Part shown: piece by piece, positions 48,907 through 60,104 of the stretch
Position numbering within the stretch: position 1 is the stretch's first letter
Layout of the letters: each line of letters starts with the position of its first letter
From: a bacterium
GTDB taxonomy: Bacteria > Patescibacteriota > Minisyncoccia > Minisyncoccales > CG1-02-41-26
DNA length: 64,000 nucleotides
Assembly (NCBI GenBank): GCA_030616605.1
Contig: JAUWWY010000002.1
Coordinates: 118,867 to 182,866 of the forward strand
Direction of reading: 5' to 3'
Notes under the pieces: generated by a model
Told to the model about the DNA's origin: nothing
What the model saw: only the letters and a program-made list of their open reading frames with translations
Database searches by the model: none
Position numbers and translations under genes: made by a program

Positions 48907-50595
48907 ATGCGTAAAGTTTTAATTATTTTTCTTTTAGTCATTTTTATTGGAGTAGGAATAGTTGGATTTTGGTATTGGCAAAAAAATATTTATTCCAAAG
49001 ACACTTTGAAACTTGAAATTTTAGGACCTGAATTAGTTCAAGCCGGCCAGGAAATTGAGTATTTAGTAAAAATGAAAAATAATGGCAAAGTTAGATTGGA
49101 AAATCCTGAGTTAATCTTTCAGGCTCCGGAGCAATCTATTTTAAAAGATTATTCTAATTTAAGAGTTACTCAAAAAATAGAAGACATTTATCCCGGTGAA
49201 CAAAGAACATATTCTTTTAAAGCTCAGCTTTTCGGAGAAAAAGACATTACTTTGGAAGCCAAAGCTTGGTTAAGTTATCAACCAAAGAATTTAAAAGCTC
49301 GCTTTGAATCAAAAACAACCTTGACGATAAGAATTGAATTTATTCCCTTAACTTTTGAGTTTGATTTACCTCTAAAGGTTGAAAAAGGGGAGGATATAAA
49401 ATTTTCTTTAAATTATTTTTCAAACATTGATTATCTTTTAGAGAATTTAAGAGTAAAAATTGAATATCCATCAGATTTTACTTTTGAAAGTTCTCTTCCC
49501 GAAGCTTTAGATGAAAATGAGTGGTCCTTGCCTCCTTTAGTTCAGGCTTCAGGAGGAAGAATAGAGATAAATGGACTAATTGAAGGAAAAGAGGGTCAGA
49601 AAAAGGTTTTCCGAGCCCAGCTGGGCATGCTTAAAGACGGAGATTTTTGGCTCTTAAAAGAAACTGCTCAATCAATAGAAATAATTGAGTCTTCTTTGTA
49701 CATTTCTAATTTAATTAATAATTCCCCAAATTATACAGCAAATCCCGGTGATTTTCTTCATTATGAGATTTACTTTAAAAATATTGGCAAAAGACCAGTT
49801 CAGAAGAAATATATTTTTGCTCGACTTGAGGGAGAATTTTTTGACTTAACAACTCTAAAATCAAACAAGGGAGAATTTGGCCAAGGGGATAACACTATTC
49901 TCTGGGACTGGAAAAATGTTCCCGACCTCAGATTTTTAGATGTTGGTCAAGAAGGAAAGGTTGAATTTTGGATAAGAGTCAAGGAAAGTGTTGATTATCA
50001 AGTTAAAAACGCAAAATTAAGAGCAGAAATAGCTTTAGGGGAAATTGAGAAAGTTTTTGAGACGAAAATAAATTCCCAATTAACTCTTTTCCAAAAAGCC
50101 TACTTTACTCAAGAATTTTTTGAAAATCTAGGTTCTTTGCCGCCCAAGATAGGTCAAGCCATTGATTATGTTATTGTCTGGCAAGTGGAAAATACTTGTA
50201 ATGAGTTAAAAAATGTTAAAGTAAAAAGTGCTTTATCAGAAAATGTTCAGCCGACTGGCAAAATTTTTCCCGAAGATGCTAAATTCACTTATGATTCAGA
50301 ATCAAAAACTGTAATGTGGAATATCGGAGAAGTCAACGCTTGGCAGAGTTTTGAAAATATTCCTCTGATTTTAGCCTTCCAGGTCAGATTGACTCCTGAT
50401 TTTTCTCAAAAAGGAAAAACTCCTCTTTTGATTAAGGAAAGTAATATTTTGGCTGAAGACAATTGGACTTCAGAAATTTTAGAAGAAAAAGCTTCAGCAG
50501 TGAATACCACTTTACCCGATGATGAAACCGTCAGTCCAGAACAAGGAATAGTGGAAGAACAAGGAATAGTGGAAGAACAAGGAATAGTGGAGTGA
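48907..50595 (+). CDS. Membrane-anchored exported protein with beta-sandwich (DUF11/CARDB-like) repeats, hypothetical
   Basis: N-terminal TM/signal segment and repeated beta-rich modules. The C-terminus ends in three EQGIVE copies (an 18-nt DNA repeat at 50539-50592). Confidence 0.35.
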   Translation: MRKVLIIFLLVIFIGVGIVGFWYWQKNIYSKDTLKLEILGPELVQAGQEIEYLVKMKNNGKVRLENPELIFQAPEQSILKDYSNLRVTQKIEDIYPGEQRTYSFKAQLFGEKDITLEAKAWLSYQPKNLKARFESKTTLTIRIEFIPLTFEFDLPLKVEKGEDIKFSLNYFSNIDYLLENLRVKIEYPSDFTFESSLPEALDENEWSLPPLVQASGGRIEINGLIEGKEGQKKVFRAQLGMLKDGDFWLLKETAQSIEIIESSLYISNLINNSPNYTANPGDFLHYEIYFKNIGKRPVQKKYIFARLEGEFFDLTTLKSNKGEFGQGDNTILWDWKNVPDLRFLDVGQEGKVEFWIRVKESVDYQVKNAKLRAEIALGEIEKVFETKINSQLTLFQKAYFTQEFFENLGSLPPKIGQAIDYVIVWQVENTCNELKNVKVKSALSENVQPTGKIFPEDAKFTYDSESKTVMWNIGEVNAWQSFENIPLILAFQVRLTPDFSQKGKTPLLIKESNILAEDNWTSEILEEKASAVNTTLPDDETVSPEQGIVEEQGIVEEQGIVE

Positions 50596-50609
50596 TTGTT
50601 TAATTATTT

Positions 50610-51953
50610 ATGGATTTAACTCAAAAAATTATATCTTTATCTAAAAGAAGGGGATTTATTTTTCCTTCTTCTGAAATTTATGGAGGAATAGGTGGAGTTT
50701 ATGACTTCGGTCCTCTTGGAAATGAGTTAAAAAGAAACATTAAGAAAGTTTGGTGGCAAAGTATGATGAAAGAGGAAAATATGGTCGGTTTAGATTCTGG
50801 GATTTTATTGAATCCTCGAGTTTGGCAGGCCTCTGGTCATTTAACTGCTGGTTTTGCTGATGAATTGGTAGAGTGTAAATCTTGCCACAAGAGATTTAAG
50901 AAAAATGAGATAGCCGGCAACAAATGCCCGGAATGCAGTGGTAAACTGACAAAACCAAGAAAATTTAATTTAATGATGAAAACCTTTGTTGGGCCGGTTG
51001 AAGATAATAGTTCTATTACTTATTTAAGACCTGAAACCTGTCAGGGGATTTTTGTTAATTTTTTGAACATTTTGAATTCAATGCGCTTAAAAATTCCCTT
51101 CGGTGTTATTCAAATAGGTAAATCTTTTCGAAACGAAATTACTACTAAAAACTTTATTTTCCGGACTCGAGAATTTGAACAAATGGAAATGGAGCTGTTC
51201 TGTCATCCCAAAGAGGCAGATAAACTTTTTGATTACTGGAAAGAACAGAGATTAAAGTGGTATCAAGATTTAGGAATAAAAAAAGAGAATTTAAGGGTTG
51301 TAGAAGTCTCAAAAGAAGACCGGGCTCACTATGCCAAAAGGCAAACAGATATTGAATATCATTTTCCCTTTGGTTGGGAAGAAATTGAAGGAATTCACAA
51401 TAGGGGAGATTTTGACCTTTCAAATCACTCAAAACATTCTGGAGAAGATTTGAAATATTTCGATGAGAAATCAGACCAGAAATATTTTCCTTATATTATT
51501 GAAACTTCGGTTGGGGTAGAAAGACCTTTATTTGCTTTTTTAACTGAAGCTTATCAAGAAATAAAAGGAGGAAGAAAAAAAATCAAAAATCAAAAATCAA
51601 AAATCAAAATTAAACACGAAGCAGAAATTTTATTAAAGTTAGATAAAAGACTAGCCCCAATAAAAGTTGCAGTTCTGCCCTTAGTCAGAAATAAACCAGA
51701 GATTGTCAAGAAGGCAAAGGAAATTTATAATCTTTTAAGACCTCATTTTAGCTCTCAATATGATGAAGTTGGTTCAATCGGCCGTCGCTATCGCCGCCAA
51801 GACGAAGTAGGAACAATTTTTTCAATCACTGTTGATTTTCAGACCCTGGAAGACGATACAATAACTTGTCGGGACCGCGATACAATGGCCCAAGAAAGAG
51901 TAAAAATAAAGGATTTAGTTAAAAGTTTAAAAGAAAAATTAGAGAATTGTTAG
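50610..51953 (+). CDS. glyQS: Glycyl-tRNA synthetase (dimeric class II, archaeal/eukaryote type)
   Basis: GFIFPSSEIYGGIGGVYDFGPLG N-terminus and class II motifs. An AAAAATC heptamer patch lies at 51575-51613. Confidence 0.85.
   Translation: MDLTQKIISLSKRRGFIFPSSEIYGGIGGVYDFGPLGNELKRNIKKVWWQSMMKEENMVGLDSGILLNPRVWQASGHLTAGFADELVECKSCHKRFKKNEIAGNKCPECSGKLTKPRKFNLMMKTFVGPVEDNSSITYLRPETCQGIFVNFLNILNSMRLKIPFGVIQIGKSFRNEITTKNFIFRTREFEQMEMELFCHPKEADKLFDYWKEQRLKWYQDLGIKKENLRVVEVSKEDRAHYAKRQTDIEYHFPFGWEEIEGIHNRGDFDLSNHSKHSGEDLKYFDEKSDQKYFPYIIETSVGVERPLFAFLTEAYQEIKGGRKKIKNQKSKIKIKHEAEILLKLDKRLAPIKVAVLPLVRNKPEIVKKAKEIYNLLRPHFSSQYDEVGSIGRRYRRQDEVGTIFSITVDFQTLEDDTITCRDRDTMAQERVKIKDLVKSLKEKLENC
51575..51613 (+). 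repeat. In-frame heptamer patch (AAAAATC x4) inside glyQS
   Basis: Direct reading; encodes KKIKNQKSKIKIK. Confidence 0.75.
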
Positions 51954-51982
51954 ATTACAAATATAAGAGCAAAATCAAACAA

Positions 51983-52012
51983 AACCCCCTTAAAGGGGGT
52001 CATTTTAGTTTT
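51983..52012 (+). terminator. Rho-independent terminator after glyQS
   Basis: CCCCCTT-AA-AGGGGG stem followed by TCATTTTAGTTTT. Confidence 0.55.
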
Positions 52013-52276
52013 CCACACCCTTTCCTTGACAAGCTATTTTCGTATGAGAGAATATAATAATCCCCAATATCCCAGCGTATATCCGATAGGGTATATCCGA
52101 TTAAGGATAATAAGGGATATTCTATAAAAAAAAGAAGGCCCGCGAAAAATCGGCTTCTCAACTGTGGAAGTATTTGAAGGGATTTTTGTTTACCCCAGCT
52201 TTTTAGTGCAAGGGTACGGACCTTCTAATCTTGATTATAATCTTTCAAAAGCATCTGTCAATCCCTCTGAGATAAT

Positions 52277-55200
52277 ATGAACCACCATAACAACAAAAAA
52301 TCAGAATATATTTCTTTGCAAGAAGCTACTAAATATTGCTCTTATTCGCGAGATTATTTGAAATTGCGTGCTCATCAAGGAAAATTGAAAGCAATTAAGA
52401 TTGCTAGAAACTGGCTGACCAAAAAAGAATGGATAGATGAATATTTGGAAAAGACCAACAACTATAAAAATCAGATAACTGAGCAGAGAAAGGAAAAAGA
52501 GAAAGAGAAAGAGTTAGAAAAAATAGAGGAGACAAGAAGGGAAGAAACAACTAAGCCAACGCCCGTCTTTGCTCCAAAACCCTCTTTTCAATTAGCGCCC
52601 AGAGTCCAGCTGATTGTTTTTATTGTGGCACTGGTTTTTGTTTTGACTTTTATTGGAACTATTTTTGCTTATCCATATTTTGAACCGGTTGTCAGCCCCA
52701 TTGTAAAAGAAATCACTTTTGATATTAAAAAAAATACAGCCTCTATTAAAGACCAAGTCAGCCAATATGTTGCTCAAAATGTAAAAGAAATTAAGAAACA
52801 AATACAAATACTAGTTCAGAAGATAAAACAGGTTCCTCAAAAAATTGTGAGCGTTTTCAAAGGAGAAGAGAAAGTTTTTTTAAGGGAAGATCTTGTTTTA
52901 AAACAAGAGATAGAAAAATTAATTGCTGAGAAATTTGTTACTAAAGAACAATTCAGAGAACTCCAGGAAAGATTTGAAAAACTAAAACAAGAAGGACTGT
53001 CTCAAAAAGAAATAATAAAAGAAGTAGAGGTTATTGTTAAAGAGATAGAAACAATTGATGATAAATCCCTGGTCCTGCTCAAATCCCAAATTTCCGAAAT
53101 CCAGGAATGGGAAAAAGATATTCTGACTCTCCAGATTCTAACTGCTAAACTCCAAACCCATCCTCCCTCTACCCAGGTTTCAACCGCTCCAGTATATATC
53201 GGCTCCCAGGGAATTCAAATAGGAGGAGCTGCGACCTTAGCTTCTTTAGGAGTTTCCGGTATGGCTGGAATTACTAACTTAGGAGTTGGTGGCTCTGCCA
53301 CCCTGGGTTCTGATTCTTTAGACAAACTGAGAGTTTATGCCACTGCTAATTTTATCTCCCCTGTTACTTTAACCAACACCTTCAGAGTTGGCGGGACAAC
53401 TGATTATTTAACTGTTAATTCAAACGGCAATCTTAGTACCACTGGAACTTTAACTGCTGCCACCTCTACTCTTTCCAGTCTTTTCACTACTGGAAATTTG
53501 GCAATAGGCGGTAATCTTGCTGTCTCAGGTACTCAGGTTGTCCAAGCCACCTCCACTTTAGCCACCACCACTATTACCAGATTAGGCATCGCCACAACAA
53601 CTCCATCTTATCCTTTAACCGTGGCTGGCGATATCTGGGGTTCAGGAAATATTGTCTTGGCAGGAACAATTGATACTGGCCAGGGAGCAACTGAAGTTTA
53701 TCTAATGAACCAAAACCTGAGAACATCTGATTCTCCAACTTTTAATAATCTTACTGTTACAAGCACAGCTACCACCACTAACTTAATAGTAACCAGTGAT
53801 TTGACTCTTACAGGACTAACCAATGGTTCAATTCTCTTCTCTACCTCATCAGGACTAATCTCCCAAGACAATGCTAATCTCTTCTGGGATGATACTAATA
53901 ATAGATTGGGCATTGGGACAAGCAGTCCAGCTACTATCTTTCAAGTAATTGGTACAAGCACTTTGCAAACTATTCTTCCTCAAACAACAAACACTTACAC
54001 CTTAGGTTCTCCAACCTACAAATGGGCAAACCTCTATGCTGCCACTACCACCATAGGGGATACAATCATCATTGGTACAAATAGCATTGCAGCTACCTCA
54101 ACTTTAACAATTTCTTCAGCTAATTCCTCAGATATTATCTTAAGCCCAGCACGTTATGTCGGCATCGGGACAACGAGTCCTGCCTCACTTCTCGATGTCT
54201 ATGGTTCTGCCAGATTTGGAACTTCATCTACTTCGACTTTATTTGTTGATTCAGGAAATGGAAGAGTCGGCATCGGGACGACGAATCCGCTAAAATTGTT
54301 GCATGTCGTTGGTGGAGAAGCACGTATGGACGGTGTCCTGACAGCGAACAGCACGGCAAATCTCTATGGTACAGTCAATATTGGGGATGGTGCGGGCGAT
54401 ACGGTCAGTATCTCAGCTGGTAATCTCTCCTTCAACAACAATACGACAGTGACGATGACGGATGGCGGCGGACGAACTCTCGACTTTGGACCAGGGGTTC
54501 TATCCATTAGTAAGGCTACCGGCAAAGTCGGCATCGGGACGGGGAGTCCTTCAGGAACATTAGATGTAAACAAAGGAGGAGTAATAGTAACAAATCTTCA
54601 AGCTCATACCGCTAATTTCTATGGAACTAATTATTCGGGAGGAACAATTGCTATATATGATAGTGCTTCTATTGCAGCTGGTGTTGGCGGAGGAATTAAT
54701 TTAGGAGGAATGTATGTTGGAGATGATGTTATAGAGTTTGCTCAGGTAAGAGCATCTAAGGAAACAGCTACAGTTGGTCAGTATGGGGGTTCGTTGATAT
54801 TTGCTACACGTGTTCATGGAGGGAATATGACTGATTATATGATAATAAATAGTTCAGGCAACGTCGGCATCGGGACGACAACAATAGGTTCGAGATTAAC
54901 CATTCAAAGCTCTGGAAATGCTTCTACAACTTCTGCTTTAAATATCCAAGATTCTGATGGAACAAGTATGTTATATGTAAGAGATGATGGAAACATCGGC
55001 ATCGGGACGGATAGTCCTGCTTATGAATTAGATGTAAATGGATTTATAAAATCAAAGGGTCAGATATATAATTATTGGCAAACTGATTCGTCAGGTTCGG
55101 CTGGTAATGATAAATGGTATCAGATAGCAGAGGCAAATATCATAAGTCAGTATGCTCAATATAGTGCTGTGTTTCATGTGTATCGCCATCGTTTATTTTC

Positions 55201-57712
55201 TTCTTCTGCGTATTCCCAGCAGTTTATGGTTGATTTCAGACAGGATGCCGCTATGACAAACGACCCAATTACTTTTATATGGCCTATACAAGCATCAGGT
55301 GCTTCAGCAATACAAGTTAAGGCTATATTAACCACAAACACTGCAGACTTGAAAACATTAAAGGTTTATGTATATCAAACAGGTACATATTCTATTATTA
55401 GGATAGCACAAGTTCAGGGTAATTTTGACCCCTTTGAATCAGCGTCAGGTATAGAAACAGGTTCTTTGCCTGCAGGGACACAGTATGATTTAGACCACGA
55501 TGCTTTTTATTTGAAAAATGACGGCAACGTCGGCATCGGGACGGCGAGCCCTACACATAACTTAGAAATTGAAGGGACTACGGCACAGATTCAGACGATA
55601 ATGACAGGTACCACAAGTTATAGTGGTCTGGTGGCTGATTCGGATACGGCAACGCATTATCTTGTGGTTGCTACCTACGGCAGTGAGGATACAGGAACAA
55701 TTTTTGGCATAACTCGGGCTGATGTTTCTATGTTATTTGCAATAAATCAGCCATTATTTATTGGAACATTCAGTGCTGAGGATTTGATTATTGGAACTAA
55801 TGATACAGAACGTATGCGTATTTTATCAGATGGCAAAGTCGGCATTGGGACGAGTAGTCCAAATGAAAAACTTTCTGTTTCTGGTAATTTAAGTATAGGA
55901 AATGCGGCTGCTGGGACAGATGCGACCAGGACATTAGTACTAGGGCTTGGGACAATTCCTTCTTCTTCTCCTGCTGATCTAGTCCAGCTTTATGCTGAAA
56001 ATGTGGATAGAGACTTGTGTACAGGAGGAACGGCTAGCGCAAATAGTGAGTATGATGCTGGTAGTAGTGCAGATAAGGTATTCGACGATATTATTACCAC
56101 CTCCTGGATGACCGAGCAGGGAGTTGTAACTGGCTGGGTAAAATATGATTTTGGTAGCGGGAACAATAAGATAATAGACAAATACCGAGTTTATATGGGT
56201 GGTAGCTCTTCGAGGTCTCCTAAAGACTGGACTTTTCAGGGTTCAAATAATGATAGTGATTGGGACACATTAGACACCCAGACTAGTCAGACCTGGAGTG
56301 GTGCCGAATGGAAAGATTACACCTTTAGCAATAGCACTCCTTATCGTTATTATATGATTAATATTACTGCTAATAATGGGGATGCCAACTTTTTGATGAT
56401 GAATGAGATGGAGATGATATTCATGAATCTAGCCGGATTAAAAGTAAGAGATGAGGCAGGGATTATAACGCTACTTTCACCCCACGATGTTGGGACAGGA
56501 GAGTGGATATTTTATTCAGAGAATGCCAATACAGGCAAAGTCCTTAGGGTAGAAATGGAGAGATTAACAAAGAGACTAAATAGAATATTAGGAGGAGGAT
56601 TTGTGACAGAAAACAACAAAACAGAATTGGCAGATCATGCTTTCAATATTGTCGATTCATCAGGGAATAGCTTGTTATTTGTCGGAGATAACGGCAATGT
56701 CGGCATCGGGACAACAAGTTCTTCTAACATTTTAACGGTCAAGAAGGACTCAACTACTGATCCTATTGCTGATGCTTGGACTCAATATTCAACTCCAGAT
56801 AGTAAAATAGTTTTGGGTTCTGCTAATGACCAGGCAGAAGAATATCTGGAGAAATTCAAAGAGTTAATGGTCTATAAATGGAAAAGAAATGAAAATGAAC
56901 AGGAACGTCTGGGTGTTTTGGCTGTCACCTCTACTCCTTCGGAAATCTTAGCTTATGATGCTGGAGGTAATATCCAGGGAATAGACCTTGGCGGCTACAT
57001 TGGCTTTCTCCATGAGGCAATGAAAGCCCAGCAAACCCAAATAGAAGAACTAAGAAAAGAGGTTTTTGCTACAACAACCCTTTCAGTAGAAGAGAACACT
57101 GAAGGTCAAATTGTTAACCTTTCTCTGGAAGAGCTTCGTCGGTCGCTTGCTTTACTCGGCCTTTTAGTGACAGAGACCGGGTCTCTGGAAGTTCAGGAAT
57201 TAAAAGCTCAAGAATTAGAGGTTGGTTCCCAATCAAAGCCAGCTGGTATTACTATTTATGACGAAGAGACCAGTCAGCCCTTTTGTATTAAAGTTAAGGG
57301 CGCTGAGATGATAAATGTGCCTGGTAAATGTGATACTGTACAAACTAATAATAATATCACCGACCCGACCAGTGACACTATTCCAACGCCCGAACCCGAG
57401 CCTGAACCAACGCCAGAGCCTGAACCACAGCCTGAGCCAGAGCCAGAATCAACCATCACCGTCCCGACCGGTGACACTGTTCCAACTCCTGAACCTGAAC
57501 TAGAACCAGAACCAGAACCAGAGCCAACTCCTGAACCTGAACCTGAACCAACTCCAGAGCCCGAGCCAGAACCAACTCCAGAACCTGAACCAACTCCTGA
57601 ACCCGAACCCGAGCCACAGCCCGAACCAACTCCACAGCCCGAACCACAGCCCGAACCAACTCCCGAACCAACTCCCGAACCCGAACCAGCACCGGCGCCA
57701 GTTGAAGAATAA
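52277..57712 (+). CDS. Giant (1811 aa) membrane-anchored surface protein with an N-terminal HTH-like domain, tail-fibre-like repeats, a discoidin-like domain and a PEPT-rich C-terminal tail
   Basis: N-terminus [41 protein letters not shown] resembles an HTH_17/excisionase fold. TM helix [23 protein letters not shown]. Nine (N/K/R)VGIGT(T/S)SP...L.V.G repeats. [10 protein letters not shown]...GWVKYDFG...YRVYMG...[12 protein letters not shown] is F5/8-type-C-like. The last ~110 aa are (PEPEPT)n. Confidence 0.7.
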   Translation: MNHHNNKKSEYISLQEATKYCSYSRDYLKLRAHQGKLKAIKIARNWLTKKEWIDEYLEKTNNYKNQITEQRKEKEKEKELEKIEETRREETTKPTPVFAPKPSFQLAPRVQLIVFIVALVFVLTFIGTIFAYPYFEPVVSPIVKEITFDIKKNTASIKDQVSQYVAQNVKEIKKQIQILVQKIKQVPQKIVSVFKGEEKVFLREDLVLKQEIEKLIAEKFVTKEQFRELQERFEKLKQEGLSQKEIIKEVEVIVKEIETIDDKSLVLLKSQISEIQEWEKDILTLQILTAKLQTHPPSTQVSTAPVYIGSQGIQIGGAATLASLGVSGMAGITNLGVGGSATLGSDSLDKLRVYATANFISPVTLTNTFRVGGTTDYLTVNSNGNLSTTGTLTAATSTLSSLFTTGNLAIGGNLAVSGTQVVQATSTLATTTITRLGIATTTPSYPLTVAGDIWGSGNIVLAGTIDTGQGATEVYLMNQNLRTSDSPTFNNLTVTSTATTTNLIVTSDLTLTGLTNGSILFSTSSGLISQDNANLFWDDTNNRLGIGTSSPATIFQVIGTSTLQTILPQTTNTYTLGSPTYKWANLYAATTTIGDTIIIGTNSIAATSTLTISSANSSDIILSPARYVGIGTTSPASLLDVYGSARFGTSSTSTLFVDSGNGRVGIGTTNPLKLLHVVGGEARMDGVLTANSTANLYGTVNIGDGAGDTVSISAGNLSFNNNTTVTMTDGGGRTLDFGPGVLSISKATGKVGIGTGSPSGTLDVNKGGVIVTNLQAHTANFYGTNYSGGTIAIYDSASIAAGVGGGINLGGMYVGDDVIEFAQVRASKETATVGQYGGSLIFATRVHGGNMTDYMIINSSGNVGIGTTTIGSRLTIQSSGNASTTSALNIQDSDGTSMLYVRDDGNIGIGTDSPAYELDVNGFIKSKGQIYNYWQTDSSGSAGNDKWYQIAEANIISQYAQYSAVFHVYRHRLFSSSAYSQQFMVDFRQDAAMTNDPITFIWPIQASGASAIQVKAILTTNTADLKTLKVYVYQTGTYSIIRIAQVQGNFDPFESASGIETGSLPAGTQYDLDHDAFYLKNDGNVGIGTASPTHNLEIEGTTAQIQTIMTGTTSYSGLVADSDTATHYLVVATYGSEDTGTIFGITRADVSMLFAINQPLFIGTFSAEDLIIGTNDTERMRILSDGKVGIGTSSPNEKLSVSGNLSIGNAAAGTDATRTLVLGLGTIPSSSPADLVQLYAENVDRDLCTGGTASANSEYDAGSSADKVFDDIITTSWMTEQGVVTGWVKYDFGSGNNKIIDKYRVYMGGSSSRSPKDWTFQGSNNDSDWDTLDTQTSQTWSGAEWKDYTFSNSTPYRYYMINITANNGDANFLMMNEMEMIFMNLAGLKVRDEAGIITLLSPHDVGTGEWIFYSENANTGKVLRVEMERLTKRLNRILGGGFVTENNKTELADHAFNIVDSSGNSLLFVGDNGNVGIGTTSSSNILTVKKDSTTDPIADAWTQYSTPDSKIVLGSANDQAEEYLEKFKELMVYKWKRNENEQERLGVLAVTSTPSEILAYDAGGNIQGIDLGGYIGFLHEAMKAQQTQIEELRKEVFATTTLSVEENTEGQIVNLSLEELRRSLALLGLLVTETGSLEVQELKAQELEVGSQSKPAGITIYDEETSQPFCIKVKGAEMINVPGKCDTVQTNNNITDPTSDTIPTPEPEPEPTPEPEPQPEPEPESTITVPTGDTVPTPEPELEPEPEPEPTPEPEPEPTPEPEPEPTPEPEPTPEPEPEPQPEPTPQPEPQPEPTPEPTPEPEPAPAPVEE
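57360..57705 (+). repeat. Hexa/nonanucleotide-periodic coding repeat (CCNGAACCNGAACCNACT) encoding (PEPEPT)n
   Basis: Direct reading of the sequence. The antisense strand gives the spurious G/S-rich ORF 57274-57747. Confidence 0.8.
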
Positions 57713-57745
57713 GCCCCAGCTGTTAGAAATGTAATAAAAAAAGAC

Positions 57746-57774
57746 AAGGGACGTTTTTGTCCCTCTTTTGTTTT
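57746..57774 (+). terminator. Rho-independent terminator after the giant gene
   Basis: AAGGGAC-GTTTTT-GTCCCT followed by CTTTTGTTTT. Confidence 0.6.
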
Positions 57775-57803
57775 AGGAGAATTTAGTCTATAATCGTATT
57801 GTA

Positions 57804-59069
57804 ATGTATCAAAAAACCTTTCTAAAAAATGGTTTAAGAATTATTACTGTCCCCCAAAAAAAGACCCAAGCAGTAACGGTTTTGGTTTTGGTTGGAGCAG
57901 GTTCTAAATATGAGACAAAACAATTAAATGGCATTTCCCATTTTTTGGAACATATGTTTTTCAAGGGGACCAAGAAAAGACCCAATACTTTAAAAATTGC
58001 TGAAACTTTAGATAAAATCGGTGGAGTTTATAATGCCTTTACCTCCAAAGAATTCACTGGTTATTGGGCTAAAGTTCAATCAAAACATTTGGATTTAGCT
58101 TTAGATTGGGTCTCTGATATTTTCTTAAATTCAAAAATTGAAGCCAAAGAACTCAAAAAAGAAAAAGGAGTAATAATTGAGGAATTAAACATGTATTTAG
58201 ATACACCAATCAAGTACATCGGTGACTTATGGGAAAAATTACTTTATGGAAATCAGCCGGCCGGTTGGAAAACTATAGGAGAAAAAGAGAATATTATTAG
58301 ATTTCAAAGGAAACATTTTTTGGATTATTTAAAAAATCACTATTCAGCTTTAAACACTATTGTTTGTGTAGCTGGCAATTTTAGCCAGCAAGATATTTTG
58401 TCAAAAATTAAAAAATATTTTAAAAAAATCAAAACCAAAACCCCAAACCAAAAGATAAAAGTTATAGAGAAACAAAGAAGCCCCAGACTACTTTCTCATT
58501 TTAAAAAAACTGACCAGACCCATCTTTGTCTGGGAGTGAGAGGTTATGATTTATTTCATCCCCAAAGATATGCCCAAGAAATTTTAGCAATAATTCTTGG
58601 TGGCAATATGAGTTCTCGACTTTTTATTAAAGTCCGGGAAAAAAAAGGATTGGCTTATTATATTCATTCTTCTTTAGAGCTCTATACTGACAGTGGTTAT
58701 TTGGTGACCAGTGCCGGTGTTTCTCACAAAGATGTTATCAAAGTTATAAATTTAATCATTAAAGAATATAAAAATATCAAAGATAAAAAAATTTCAAAAG
58801 AGGAATTACAAAAAGCAAAAGATTATTTAAAAGGTGTTTTGACTTTAAGTTTAGAGTCCTCAGATGCTCAAGCATCTTTTTATACTTTTCAGGAATTATT
58901 AAAGGGAAAAATTTTGACATCCAAGGAAAAATTTAGAATGATAGATAAGGTAACAAGAGAAGATGTTTATAAGACGGCTGGCGATATTTTTCAACCCCAG
59001 AAACTTAATTTAGCTTTGATTGGACCTCACCGAGATAATAAAAAATTTAAAGCCAGTTTGAAAATTTAA
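57804..59069 (+). CDS. M16-family (insulinase/pitrilysin-like) zinc peptidase
   Basis: HFLEHMFFKGT inverted zinc motif HxxEH. Confidence 0.75.
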   Translation: MYQKTFLKNGLRIITVPQKKTQAVTVLVLVGAGSKYETKQLNGISHFLEHMFFKGTKKRPNTLKIAETLDKIGGVYNAFTSKEFTGYWAKVQSKHLDLALDWVSDIFLNSKIEAKELKKEKGVIIEELNMYLDTPIKYIGDLWEKLLYGNQPAGWKTIGEKENIIRFQRKHFLDYLKNHYSALNTIVCVAGNFSQQDILSKIKKYFKKIKTKTPNQKIKVIEKQRSPRLLSHFKKTDQTHLCLGVRGYDLFHPQRYAQEILAIILGGNMSSRLFIKVREKKGLAYYIHSSLELYTDSGYLVTSAGVSHKDVIKVINLIIKEYKNIKDKKISKEELQKAKDYLKGVLTLSLESSDAQASFYTFQELLKGKILTSKEKFRMIDKVTREDVYKTAGDIFQPQKLNLALIGPHRDNKKFKASLKI

Positions 59070-59070
59070 C

Positions 59071-60102
59071 ATGGCAGAAGAAAAAACTTTAAATATAAAT
59101 TGGGATTTTGTTCTGAAAATTTCAGTCTTGGTAATTTTTCTTTATTTCCTTTTTCTCATCCAGAATTTGGTTATTTGGTTTATTTTTGCTTTAATCTTAT
59201 CAATTTTGTTTAACTTTTTGATAGATTTTTTAGAAAAGAAAAAAATTCCCCGGATAATAGCGACGTTTTTTGTCTATTTTGGTTTATTAGCTATTATAAG
59301 TTTTTTCTTTTACAAAACCGTTCCAGTTTTTCTTTCTGATATAAAAAGTTTTAGCTCCAATCTCCCTCTCTATTTTCAAAAAGTTTCTCCTTTTTTGGAA
59401 AAGATTGGTATTAAAATTTTTCAGGGAGCTGATTCTTTGGTTATCTTTTTAGAAAACAACCTGGGTAAAGCTGGAGAAAACGTTTTAAATGCCTTAGTCA
59501 CAATTTTTGGAGGAGTAACAGCTACCCTTTTTATAATCTTTTTATCTTTCTTTTTCTCACTTGAAAAAAATCTCTTAGGAGGGATTCTCTCTAATTTTGC
59601 TCCAGCCAGATATCAAAAATATGTTTTCAATCTTTTACCGAGAATTCGAAGGAAGGTGAGCGGCTGGTTTATTTCTCGAGTAGTCGGAGCCCTATTTGTT
59701 GGCCTTCTCGCTTATTTGGTTTTAACAATTTTAGATGTTAAATATGCTTTTGTTTTTAGTTTGATTGTTGGTATTTTGGATTTTATCCCGATTATCGGAC
59801 CGATAATCGGCGCTGTTATAATTACCCCAATTGTTATGATGGATTCTTTTAGTCAGGGTTTGTTTGTTTTGATTGCTTTTGTCATTATCCAGCAGTTAGA
59901 AAACAACCTTTTATTTCCTGTTTTATTTAAAAAATTTATTGGTATTCCTCCAGCTTTAGTTTTAATATCTTTAGCTATTGGTGCCCAACTTTGGGGATTA
60001 TTGGGAGCAATTTTAGCTATTCCCTTAGCCGGAATAATTTTTGAGCTTGTTAAAGATTATTTAAGAATCAGGAAACAAGAGAACAAAGCAGAAATTTTGT
60101 AA
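59071..60102 (+). CDS. AI-2E family transporter (UPF0118 / PerM-like)
   Basis: Eight-TM topology with the conserved DFIPIIGPIIG region. Confidence 0.65.
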   Translation: MAEEKTLNINWDFVLKISVLVIFLYFLFLIQNLVIWFIFALILSILFNFLIDFLEKKKIPRIIATFFVYFGLLAIISFFFYKTVPVFLSDIKSFSSNLPLYFQKVSPFLEKIGIKIFQGADSLVIFLENNLGKAGENVLNALVTIFGGVTATLFIIFLSFFFSLEKNLLGGILSNFAPARYQKYVFNLLPRIRRKVSGWFISRVVGALFVGLLAYLVLTILDVKYAFVFSLIVGILDFIPIIGPIIGAVIITPIVMMDSFSQGLFVLIAFVIIQQLENNLLFPVLFKKFIGIPPALVLISLAIGAQLWGLLGAILAIPLAGIIFELVKDYLRIRKQENKAEIL

Positions 60103-60104
60103 AT

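Noticed and set aside
52026-52058. TTGACA...TATAAT upstream of the giant gene as a sigma-70 promoter
   Set aside because: The spacer is 21 nt, outside the functional 16-18 nt range.
57360-57705. Regularly spaced short repeats as a CRISPR array
   Set aside because: The period is 6-18 nt with no unique spacers, and the repeat lies entirely inside a CDS. No cas genes are present.
57274-57747. 157-aa minus-strand ORF rich in G/S/V
   Set aside because: It is the antisense translation of the (PEPEPT)n coding repeat at the 3' end of the giant gene. It has no independent start context, so I treat it as spurious.
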